64,000 nucleotides of DNA from Escherichia phage vB_EcoM-LTH01. The position numbers were made by a program, and so were the translations under genes. The stretch lies in sequence record PP430345; one strand, 5' to 3'. Each line of letters begins with the position of its first letter. Within the stretch, counting starts at the first letter, position 1. This document shows positions 18,760 to 26,865 of this stretch, one piece after another. Below the pieces are notes generated by a model that saw only the letters and a list, made by a program, of their open reading frames with translations, did no database searches and was not told where the DNA came from.

Positions 18760-19035
18760 ATGCGTACAGTAAACTTCGAATTCACACATTTTCATAAAGC
18801 GATCGGTAAAGAGGTAGTAGTTGAGGCCGAGGTTATTATGTACAAGGGTATTCCAGATGCAGAATCAGATTGGGATGCCGAAGATTACTTAGATATTTTT
18901 TCAATCACTGTTTATGAAGATGGTGAAGAAATTGCTCTTGATATCCCTTATGAAGTGGTGTATCGTTGTATTGAAGAACGTGTCCGTGATGCACAAGTAC
19001 GTCAGGTATTTAATGAAGAAACTGGAGGTTTTTGA
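18760..19035 (+). CDS. hypothetical protein (91 aa)
   Basis: ORF with AGGAG ribosome-binding site. Confidence 0.55.
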   Translation: MRTVNFEFTHFHKAIGKEVVVEAEVIMYKGIPDAESDWDAEDYLDIFSITVYEDGEEIALDIPYEVVYRCIEERVRDAQVRQVFNEETGGF

Positions 19036-19193
19036 TGGACGTTAAGATCTTATCATATACAAATCTATTGGCTCTTCAAAAATTTATACTGAAGCATTAC
19101 GATTACGGTTATAAATTGATTGGTCCTGTAACAACAGGTATTAATTCAAACGGTAACACTATTTATTTGGCGACAATGATCAAGGAGCAGTAA
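19035..19193 (+). CDS. small ORF (52 aa), translationally coupled
   Basis: TGATG overlap upstream, TAATG overlap with the primase start; not in the supplied track. Confidence 0.4.
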   Translation: MDVKILSYTNLLALQKFILKHYDYGYKLIGPVTTGINSNGNTIYLATMIKEQ

Positions 19194-21238
19194 TGAGCAC
19201 TATTGGCGAAAGTCTGTTTGGCGGTTATAAGTTTGGACATAAAAATCCTAAAGCTTCAGTAGCACGTAATTATGGTGGTGGTGTGTCTCGTGTGGAAGAA
19301 ACAGTTGAAGACGTATTGACTTATCCGTGTAAAAGTATCCCTGAGCGTGGTATCGACGAAAAGACAGCTAAACGATTTGGTATTCGTACCAAGTTGTCAG
19401 CTAAAGACGGTATGACACCAGAGGCGCATTATTTTCCGTACACATTGGAAGGTAAGGTTGTAGGTTTTAAGAAGCGTGATCTTACGATCCCTAAGCAACA
19501 GAAAGGTCACTTTACAACTATTGGTTTCCAATCTGTGGCTTGTGATATGTTTGGGCTGGAAGGTGCAAATAAGTCTTCCAAACGTATGATCTTTATCACT
19601 GAAGGTGAATACGATGCTGCAATCTTGTGGCAGGTATTGACAGAGAAGTACAAACCGAAGGATGGTTCCACCCGTAAACCAAACTTCACAGTTGTATCTA
19701 TCTCTAACGGTACATCAAATGCCGTGCAAAACTTATCACAGAAGAATAACTATAAGCTTCTGAGTAAGTTTGAAGAGATTATCGTAGCTTTCGATGCTGA
19801 CCGTGCGACAGAAGCAGAGAAGGCCAAAGGGATCATGAAAGGTAAAGATGCAGTTGCAGCGGTATACTCTGTAATTCCACAAATGAAGGTCGTGGATATT
19901 CCAGAAGATATGGACCCTTGCGATATGTATAACAAAGGTCTTTCTGATCAGTTGTTTTGGGCTGCAATGAAGCCAAAAGAATATGTGCCTGATGGTTTCT
20001 CGACTTATTCACAGTTCCGCGAAAAGGCACATGAGATCCCTAAACTCGGCAAGAAGTTCCCTTGGCCCACCATGACCAAGCTTACTTTAGGCCGTCGCCC
20101 AGGTGAAGGTTACTTTATCGGGGCAGGGGTCAAAATGGGCAAGAGTGAACTTCTTAACCAGATGGTAGAGCACATCACAGGTATTGAGAAGTCAAAGGCT
20201 GCGGTGTTTAAGTTCGAAGAAGAGAACGAAATTACCTGTAAAAAGATCGCAGGTAAGCGTTATCATAAAGACTTTGTTAACGCAGAAAAGGTAATGATTC
20301 CTCAAGAAGATGGAACTTTCCGTGACATTTGGGGTAATGAAGTATTTGAAGGGCAACGTGGCTACTTTAAGCAAGAAGAACTGATCAAAGCTACAGATGA
20401 GGTTGGTGATAGTGTCATCTATTATAACAACTATGGTCGTGCAGTATGGGATGAACTGAAAGGTGCTATCCGTCACGCAGTGATTGTAGAAGGTTGTGAA
20501 GATATCTTTATTGACCCGATCACTCGTCTTGTGCAAGGTATGAGTGCTTCCGAAGCTAACCAGGAGCTGGAACGATTCTCGGATGAGATCTCTAAACTGG
20601 CAAAAGAGCTTGGCTTTACTTATTATTGCTTCTGTCACCTTAACAAGCCTGAATCTGGTAAGCCTCATGAATTTGGTGGTCAAGTCCAGTCGGCACAGTT
20701 TGCTGGTAGCCGTGCAATGATGCGTAACACTTATTACATGTGGGGTATTGAACGTAACAAAGATCCAGAACTCCCGATGAAACAACGTAACACTTCTTAC
20801 TTTGTTATTCTAGATGACCGTAAACACGGTCGTGCTGGTAAATTCCCTGTATTCTATGACATTGATACAGGTGATTATCTGGAACCGCCAGAGGGCTTCT
20901 TAGAGAGTCCTTATGAAACTCTTCGTGAGTGGTATGCCGCTCATCCAGAAGATGATCATCGTTCTCCAGACTTCAAGCCTAAGGCAGCAGAGATTCAACC
21001 CCTATCTGAACAAAACAGTGATCTCACTCGTTCAGATATTAAAGAGGAAGATATTCCTGAGCCGGATGATAACTTCCTGCGTGAGCAAGAGGAAGAGATC
21101 AAGAAGGTTATGGAAGAAATGGAACAACCCTCAGAAGAACCTACATGGGAGCAACAAAGTATCGTTGAATCCGCAGGTGATATTCCTGATGTGCCGGACA
21201 CAGAGCCGGATGATTGGGACGACAACGCACCTTTCTGA
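19193..21238 (+). CDS. bifunctional DNA primase/helicase (T7 gp4-like: Toprim primase plus DnaB-family helicase)
   Basis: Toprim-like IFITEGEYDAAILW; helicase Walker A GAGVKMGKSEL; 681 aa. Confidence 0.75.
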   Translation: MSTIGESLFGGYKFGHKNPKASVARNYGGGVSRVEETVEDVLTYPCKSIPERGIDEKTAKRFGIRTKLSAKDGMTPEAHYFPYTLEGKVVGFKKRDLTIPKQQKGHFTTIGFQSVACDMFGLEGANKSSKRMIFITEGEYDAAILWQVLTEKYKPKDGSTRKPNFTVVSISNGTSNAVQNLSQKNNYKLLSKFEEIIVAFDADRATEAEKAKGIMKGKDAVAAVYSVIPQMKVVDIPEDMDPCDMYNKGLSDQLFWAAMKPKEYVPDGFSTYSQFREKAHEIPKLGKKFPWPTMTKLTLGRRPGEGYFIGAGVKMGKSELLNQMVEHITGIEKSKAAVFKFEEENEITCKKIAGKRYHKDFVNAEKVMIPQEDGTFRDIWGNEVFEGQRGYFKQEELIKATDEVGDSVIYYNNYGRAVWDELKGAIRHAVIVEGCEDIFIDPITRLVQGMSASEANQELERFSDEISKLAKELGFTYYCFCHLNKPESGKPHEFGGQVQSAQFAGSRAMMRNTYYMWGIERNKDPELPMKQRNTSYFVILDDRKHGRAGKFPVFYDIDTGDYLEPPEGFLESPYETLREWYAAHPEDDHRSPDFKPKAAEIQPLSEQNSDLTRSDIKEEDIPEPDDNFLREQEEEIKKVMEEMEQPSEEPTWEQQSIVESAGDIPDVPDTEPDDWDDNAPF

Positions 21239-21246
21239 TCCTAAAA

Positions 21247-21274
21247 ATAAACCGCCTTCGGGCGGTTTATTTCT
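21247..21274 (+). terminator. rho-independent terminator after the primase-helicase gene
   Basis: AAACCGCC-TTCG-GGCGGTTT hairpin followed by a T-tract. Confidence 0.7.
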
Positions 21275-21275
21275 A

Positions 21276-21304
21276 TTGACACCCTCATCAAACTCCCCTA
21301 TACT
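21276..21304 (+). promoter_or_regulatory. sigma70-like promoter TTGACA-N17-TATACT
   Basis: Hexamers directly after the terminator and upstream of the 21336 gene. Confidence 0.5.
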
Positions 21305-21335
21305 TCTCCCATACCAAACAGAAAGGAGAAAACAA

Positions 21336-21599
21336 ATGCACTACTCACAAAATGACAAAATCGAATTTGAAGTTGGCGACCTGATTGTAAATCGCTCTTA
21401 CGATAATACTCCATTCGTAGAGGTTGTTACCTTTGTTGGTGAAGAAGGTGTTGTTGTGCATTCCATTGGTGGTGTTGTCGGTATGCTTGAGCGATACATC
21501 AAATACGGCAAAGTAACCGACAGCTATCCTCAGATTTATCATAAACGAAATGCAGAATCTTATATCGAATTCGTATCCACACTGAACAAAGGAGAATAA
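21336..21599 (+). CDS. hypothetical protein (87 aa)
   Basis: ATG preceded by AAAGGAG; the track ORF 20913-21599 is a 5' over-extension through the terminator. Confidence 0.6.
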   Translation: MHYSQNDKIEFEVGDLIVNRSYDNTPFVEVVTFVGEEGVVVHSIGGVVGMLERYIKYGKVTDSYPQIYHKRNAESYIEFVSTLNKGE

Positions 21600-21600
21600 A

Positions 21601-21897
21601 ATGACCAAACTTATGACTACTGTTGTTAAAGATGATATGGCAGATGAACAACAGAATACTGCTGGCGACGAGGTAGAGGTTCTTGTCAAGGTTCCTGCAT
21701 ATACAACATTGACCTTCGTCGAAGGTCACCGTACAACAAAAATAAATACTCGTCGTGAAGTTTATTTGGTAAACTCACCACGACCACGTACCCGCCGGAG
21801 CGGACCGACAGGAGAGATTGTCAAAGATATTCTGATCTACTACAAAGGTTATGAAGGTAACGATATTTACAGTGCAAAAGAACTTGGTATTAAATAA
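21601..21897 (+). CDS. hypothetical protein (98 aa)
   Basis: ORF. Confidence 0.55.
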   Translation: MTKLMTTVVKDDMADEQQNTAGDEVEVLVKVPAYTTLTFVEGHRTTKINTRREVYLVNSPRPRTRRSGPTGEIVKDILIYYKGYEGNDIYSAKELGIK

Positions 21898-21923
21898 AAT
21901 TTCTTGACCTCAAGGAAACACAA

Positions 21924-22136
21924 ATGATACAATCAAAGACAGTTACAAGATGGTACGTTAAATGCCAAATGAGTGTTGATGAAATAGCACATACCGCAGG
22001 TTGGGGTGCTGATGAGGAACAAATGAGAATCCTCGTTGAGAACCTTAAAAAGACGTGGCGTTATGTAACACCGATCAGTTATCAACAAAAAGTTTGCGAT
22101 GTAAAACCTGAGAAAAAGGAGAAAGTTAAAAAATGA
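21924..22136 (+). CDS. hypothetical protein (70 aa)
   Basis: ORF with AAGGAAA ribosome-binding site. Confidence 0.5.
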   Translation: MIQSKTVTRWYVKCQMSVDEIAHTAGWGADEEQMRILVENLKKTWRYVTPISYQQKVCDVKPEKKEKVKK

Positions 22137-22537
22137 AACCTGTATATCGTTACGACTTGGTTGGTGATATGGACGGCAATTGCAATATCAATGAAGCCCG
22201 TATGGAAAAATCAGAGGACGGCCTTTATGTGAAATATCGTGAATACAAAGAATTACTGCGGGCATTTAAAAGGGCAACTGGTCACCGTGACGATATTGTG
22301 ATTTTTAAGGAACAAGCTGTTCAGTTACCGACTGGTTGGAAATTACGAGAAACTGAGCGGGTTGAACTTATTAATCCGAAAGGAGAGTGTGTTGCCTACC
22401 TTTCCGAAATTGAAAGCATTGATTATTGGCAAGTTATTTACAAAGACAAGGCTGTTTTTAATAGCCATAATGTTCAATGTGAATGTATTGAATACATGAC
22501 TAAGATTGCATATGCAGAGGAGGAAAGTTCCCAATGA
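22133..22537 (+). CDS. hypothetical protein (134 aa)
   Basis: ORF with ATGA overlap. Confidence 0.6.
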   Translation: MKPVYRYDLVGDMDGNCNINEARMEKSEDGLYVKYREYKELLRAFKRATGHRDDIVIFKEQAVQLPTGWKLRETERVELINPKGECVAYLSEIESIDYWQVIYKDKAVFNSHNVQCECIEYMTKIAYAEEESSQ

Positions 22538-22788
22538 AAAATCCAGATCCTTGCTTACCTTATGAGGATAAGCTTTACGATGGTTGCCTTGCAATGGTCC
22601 ACAGCCATGAAGATGCCGGACTATCGGTAAGGGTTAAAATGGTTTGCAAAACAACATGTTTAGTAGAAACAAGTTCCGGCAATCTTTGCTATTATTTTAA
22701 AGAACATCTGATGCCACTGACAGTAGAAGGTTCAGACGACAGTAAAGATCTTGATGAATTCTTATATGAAGCGAGGTATGGTTTATGA
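22534..22788 (+). CDS. hypothetical protein (84 aa)
   Basis: ORF. Confidence 0.55.
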   Translation: MKNPDPCLPYEDKLYDGCLAMVHSHEDAGLSVRVKMVCKTTCLVETSSGNLCYYFKEHLMPLTVEGSDDSKDLDEFLYEARYGL

Positions 22789-23108
22789 TCGAAGCAATCA
22801 TTAATGTTTTTGTTTTTTGGGAGGCGTTTAGCCGTCAATTTGTAACCGCACCTTGGTTGATTGGTATATTTTCTGTAGGTTCTATTGCTGGATTGTTTTT
22901 AAAATTGCGGCATAATTATATCAATTACTCAAAGATGTGGCTAGGCACAGAATTCCTGTTTGCTAGTGCTTTTGGGCTGATGGTTATGGTTCTTATTTAT
23001 GGGTTTCCTTTTACAGTCTTTGCTCTCCTTTTGGCAGGGATTGGGAAGTTTATTGTGTGTCTGGTCGAAAAGGCTGTTATTGCATCTGTACCGAGGAAAA
23101 CTGAATGA
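22785..23108 (+). CDS. membrane protein (107 aa)
   Basis: Several hydrophobic helices. Confidence 0.55.
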   Translation: MIEAIINVFVFWEAFSRQFVTAPWLIGIFSVGSIAGLFLKLRHNYINYSKMWLGTEFLFASAFGLMVMVLIYGFPFTVFALLLAGIGKFIVCLVEKAVIASVPRKTE

Positions 23109-23413
23109 TTGAATTCTACAACATGTGGTTTGATATGGTTAAGTCACACATGACTTTATTTCCTTGCATTTTGTACTTTTTATTCTGGCTCGTCCTTAGC
23201 TCCGTAGTAATAACATGGGACAACATTAAAAAGGCAAGAGATCCATTTCACTATTTCGTGCCGGATCTTATTGCAAGCATAGGTATTTCAGTCTTTGCAG
23301 TGATTATGACGATATTCTTACCTATAGCATTGACTTGTGTTATTACTCTTGCTACACTGATCGGGATTTTCTGGTGTATTTGTAAATTAACCACTATATG
23401 GATGCTACGATGA
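23105..23413 (+). CDS. membrane protein (102 aa)
   Basis: Several hydrophobic helices. Confidence 0.55.
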   Translation: MIEFYNMWFDMVKSHMTLFPCILYFLFWLVLSSVVITWDNIKKARDPFHYFVPDLIASIGISVFAVIMTIFLPIALTCVITLATLIGIFWCICKLTTIWMLR

Positions 23414-24114
23414 ATAAAAAGATTATCTGGAGTCTCTTTTCTGGCTCAGGGATTGATGTTCTTCCCTGGGCGAAGGCAGGGCACAAATGCTACTGCTTCA
23501 ACTATGATGATGCTGATCACGGGGATTATGAAGGCGTAAAGGAAATTCATCCAAACATCACTTACGTTAACGCCTTTATCGATATGGAATGGATGGAGAA
23601 TGTAGAGAACTTAGGATTGCCTGCGCCGGACCTGATCCTTGCCTACCCACCATGTACGGATATGGCTGTTAGTGGTTCTCGTCACTTTGCATCGAAGAAA
23701 GCAAAAGATCCTTTCTTCCAGATCAAGGCGGTAAGAACTGCAAAGATTGCAGCCTGGCTTGCGGAATTTGTTTTTGATTGTCCGTACATGATCGAGAACC
23801 CTGTTAGTGTTTTAGCTGGACAATGGCGAAAGCCTACGGTATATTTTAACCCTTGGGAATATGGTGGTTACCTTCCGGTAAATGATGTTAACCCTTATTT
23901 CCCCCAGTACATTAAACCACGGGATGCTTATCCTAAAAAGACTGGACTTTGGACAGGGAATGGGTTTATAATTCCAAAAACCTCTCCGGTCCCTGTTGCA
24001 CCTGGTTGGTCAGATCAGCAGAATAAGTTAGGAGGTAAGTCAGCAAGAACTAAGATGATCCGGTCACTAACTCCACGGGGTTTAGCTGAAGCAATTTATC
24101 AATACAACAAATAA
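23410..24114 (+). CDS. minimal C5-cytosine DNA methyltransferase-like protein (about 235 aa)
   Basis: Motif I LFSGSG (FxGxG), motif IV AYPPCTDMAVSG (PC dipeptide), motif VI-like IENPV, in canonical order; too short for a normal target-recognition domain. Confidence 0.45.
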   Translation: MNKKIIWSLFSGSGIDVLPWAKAGHKCYCFNYDDADHGDYEGVKEIHPNITYVNAFIDMEWMENVENLGLPAPDLILAYPPCTDMAVSGSRHFASKKAKDPFFQIKAVRTAKIAAWLAEFVFDCPYMIENPVSVLAGQWRKPTVYFNPWEYGGYLPVNDVNPYFPQYIKPRDAYPKKTGLWTGNGFIIPKTSPVPVAPGWSDQQNKLGGKSARTKMIRSLTPRGLAEAIYQYNK

Positions 24115-24126
24115 GAGGGTAAATAA

Positions 24127-25344
24127 ATGAAACAGATTAAATTGAGCATCACTGAAAATTACGTCAGTCACTGGTCATGGTGGCAAGGTGCTCGTGAACT
24201 CATGCAAAACGCTATCGATACGGAAGATTTCAATATTTATTTTGGCAACGACGACAGTAATCAAGGTAAGATCACAATCATCTCTCGTGGTGGCGTTGTT
24301 CCTGTCTCCGGCCTTTTGATGGGTGTTTCAACCAAACGTGATGATGACAGTAAGATCGGTAAGTTTGGTGAAGGTCTGAAAGTGGGTCTTCTGGTGCTTG
24401 TTCGTGAAGGCGCAGATATCGTTATCGAAAATGGTAATGATCTTTGGATTCCAAATATGGTTTACGATACCACATACGAACAGAACATTTTGGCGGTGGA
24501 TATCCATGAAAACGCCTTATCGGGTCGTGATTCAAATACTGTGACCGTTATCATTGAAAACATCCCTCAGTACGCTATGTCGGAAATTATGGATAACTAT
24601 GCACCAACTACTGAACGTACAGTCGTTATTCAGAATGATCGCGGTAAAGCTTATACTAAGCTGTACAATGCTGCGGACGAATACCAAAATGAAGAAGAGG
24701 ATGGCTCTATCACAGGTGGCGACTGCAACCTGTTTGTAAATGGACTGTTCGTTACTCGTGTCCCAGGCAATTTTAAATTCGATTATGACTTTAAGCCGGA
24801 AGCTTTTACTCTCGACCGTGATCGTGACAGTGCAAATACTTTTGAGGTTAAGTATGAAGCAAACCGACTACTGTCAGAAAGCGACGATATCGAGCTTCTG
24901 GCGCGTTTAGCTCTTGAGCAGTACGATGACCTTGCTTTGTTCTCAGAGCGTCGTGCTAAGACCTCTGGTGGCTATTATTGGGGTCAAAGTCGGTCACAAG
25001 AAGATCAGGATGACTTGACAAAAACAGCAGTTAAGTTATTCTCTGAAAAATACGGCAAAGATTCTTTCCCGATCGATGACTCATGGACCGATGGCAAGAA
25101 GCGTGTTGTTACCCAAATGGCGATCAGTAAGGGTTATACTCCTGTAACTGTAAAAAATCCGGTTTATCGTATGGTCCAGAAAGAGTATGCTGTTGACGAA
25201 TCAGTACAGGAAGTGTTATCCTTTAAACCGTTAGAGTTCTTAGAAGGCTTCCTGAAGCGACACGAACGTCGTTTAGTTGCCAAACCTCGTAAAGAACTGG
25301 AGAAAACTATCCAAATGTTACGCATCGCAGGGGGTAAAGAGTGA
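24127..25344 (+). CDS. hypothetical protein (405 aa) with possible GHKL/Bergerat-fold ATPase-like motifs
   Basis: N-box-like RELMQNAIDT (ExxxNxxD) and G2-like IGKFGEGLKVG; no clear DxGxG G1 box, so assignment is tentative. Confidence 0.3.
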   Translation: MKQIKLSITENYVSHWSWWQGARELMQNAIDTEDFNIYFGNDDSNQGKITIISRGGVVPVSGLLMGVSTKRDDDSKIGKFGEGLKVGLLVLVREGADIVIENGNDLWIPNMVYDTTYEQNILAVDIHENALSGRDSNTVTVIIENIPQYAMSEIMDNYAPTTERTVVIQNDRGKAYTKLYNAADEYQNEEEDGSITGGDCNLFVNGLFVTRVPGNFKFDYDFKPEAFTLDRDRDSANTFEVKYEANRLLSESDDIELLARLALEQYDDLALFSERRAKTSGGYYWGQSRSQEDQDDLTKTAVKLFSEKYGKDSFPIDDSWTDGKKRVVTQMAISKGYTPVTVKNPVYRMVQKEYAVDESVQEVLSFKPLEFLEGFLKRHERRLVAKPRKELEKTIQMLRIAGGKE

Positions 25345-25673
25345 GTGACAACCGATTGACTATTGGTGTTATTGCAAAGCTTGAGCCGGATTCTCCGGCT
25401 ATTGCTTGGGAAAATGATCCCCATATCCAACTCACCTACGATGGTAAGATGGTTGTGTATGTTCACGATGAGAAATCTCTCCACGATGCTTACGGGGTGA
25501 ACTTGCTGGATGATTACATCTTACAATCTTTCTTCAAGGGGATTGAAAGAGCAGGGGCAAAGATCGTGAAGGATTCCCAAAAGGTTTTCGTAGAAGTGTG
25601 GTATGATGGTAGCGATCCTGGATACCTCAGTTCAAAAATTAAAGATATTTACGGAGAAGATTATGAAATTTAA
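25341..25673 (+). CDS. hypothetical protein (110 aa, GTG start)
   Basis: ORF overlapping the upstream stop. Confidence 0.5.
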   Translation: MSDNRLTIGVIAKLEPDSPAIAWENDPHIQLTYDGKMVVYVHDEKSLHDAYGVNLLDDYILQSFFKGIERAGAKIVKDSQKVFVEVWYDGSDPGYLSSKIKDIYGEDYEI

Positions 25674-25989
25674 CAAATCGCCCAGTGGATTTTATGGTCA
25701 TGTCAATGTAGAAAAGAAAGATCAAGACACCCTTGTGTTATTCCACGATGGAGATAAACCGTGGGAATACGTGGAGCTTAAACGTGAGCACTGGAAAGCT
25801 TTTGGGTTGGGTTTTTCAGAATCCGATCCCCTGGTTGAAAAAATTACTTACGGAAATTGCTTTTTAGAGAAAATAGAGCATAATTATGGACTTGATGCTG
25901 AAAAGGGATATGTTGCATTTGGTAATGATCATGAAGAAATTTTCAAGTATATTCGTAGCCTAGCTGAAGGAGATGATTCAAATGTTTAA
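25663..25989 (+). CDS. hypothetical protein (108 aa)
   Basis: ATG after GGAGAAG; track start 25603 over-extends. Confidence 0.55.
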   Translation: MKFNKSPSGFYGHVNVEKKDQDTLVLFHDGDKPWEYVELKREHWKAFGLGFSESDPLVEKITYGNCFLEKIEHNYGLDAEKGYVAFGNDHEEIFKYIRSLAEGDDSNV

Positions 25990-26461
25990 AGATTTAAGTA
26001 AGCGTAAATACCCTGCGGTATTTAATGATAACGGTAAATGGTTTACTGGTTGGGATAAGGATGCTCTTTCTACCGAAGAGATCGAAAAGCTGAAATTAAA
26101 GCATCCACATTATTCCGAAGAATACTTCGAAAATCGGAAAAAGATGAAGACGAATGAACATGAACATCGCCATTTACGTTTACAGTTTCGTCAATTCACC
26201 CAAGGACGTAGCTCTGTTGTTGCAGTTATGGAGGACGAAGATGGTTTCTGTTACAACATGACGTTGGCAGATTTTGAGCATATTTTGTTAGTGACCCAAC
26301 GGTCAGACAATAATCTTGCTGATCTGATCCTTGTTCATGAAGAAACTTTCATCAACATGGATATTGGTACTTGGTATGTTGGAACTTTCAATCAGTGTAA
26401 GCGGGGGCAGAATTACTTCATCACCCCTTCCGAGTATGAACAAACAGAAGAGGATTGGTAA
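25973..26461 (+). CDS. hypothetical protein (162 aa)
   Basis: ORF. Confidence 0.6.
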   Translation: MIQMFKDLSKRKYPAVFNDNGKWFTGWDKDALSTEEIEKLKLKHPHYSEEYFENRKKMKTNEHEHRHLRLQFRQFTQGRSSVVAVMEDEDGFCYNMTLADFEHILLVTQRSDNNLADLILVHEETFINMDIGTWYVGTFNQCKRGQNYFITPSEYEQTEEDW

Positions 26462-26466
26462 TACCT

Positions 26467-26700
26467 ATGAAAGATAATTCTGTATACTCGGAGATCAGCA
26501 GTGTTCGAATAATCAATGCTGAAAATAAAGATATCAATAACAAAGACCTACAAGCTTACGGTGTAAAAGTTGGTGACATTTACGAAGCGAGGGTGTACTA
26601 TCTATCTAGGAATGGCAAACCTACAACTGCCCGATTGAACATGGGCTACGGTGAGACTATTGTAGCTTTTAGTAGTGAATTTGAGGTAATAGAAGACTGA
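26467..26700 (+). CDS. hypothetical protein (77 aa)
   Basis: ORF; start at the ATG after the upstream stop. Confidence 0.5.
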   Translation: MKDNSVYSEISSVRIINAENKDINNKDLQAYGVKVGDIYEARVYYLSRNGKPTTARLNMGYGETIVAFSSEFEVIED

Positions 26701-26792
26701 TGCCTACTTTACTGGGTTTAATCTTCTTAGGTGGGGTATTCGCTATTTTAGTTATGCTTTACTTTATTGATGAAGGATACCTGCACTTTTGA
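26700..26792 (+). CDS. possible 30-aa hydrophobic peptide
   Basis: TGATG-coupled ATG; MPTLLGLIFLGGVFAILVMLYFIDEGYLHF; followed by a hairpin; not in the supplied track. Confidence 0.3.
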   Translation: MPTLLGLIFLGGVFAILVMLYFIDEGYLHF

Positions 26793-26865
26793 TAACCTAG
26801 CCGAAGGGTAATACCTCCGGCTGGGCTTTGTTTTAGTCTAGTTGGAGTTTAAAGAAGGAGAAAAA

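Noticed and set aside
20913-21599. 228-aa ORF overlapping the 3' end of the primase-helicase gene
   Set aside because: Its 5' portion lies in another frame of the primase gene and crosses the terminator at 21247-21274; the real gene starts at the ATG at 21336 after a ribosome-binding site.
21904-21935. TTGACC ... TACAAT promoter-like hexamers
   Set aside because: The putative -10 would fall on or after the ATG of the 21924 gene, so it cannot be that gene's promoter; probably a chance match.
26842-26865. TTG start for the DNA polymerase at 26842
   Set aside because: The AAGGAG ribosome-binding site lies inside this extension; the ATG at 26866 is the better-supported start.
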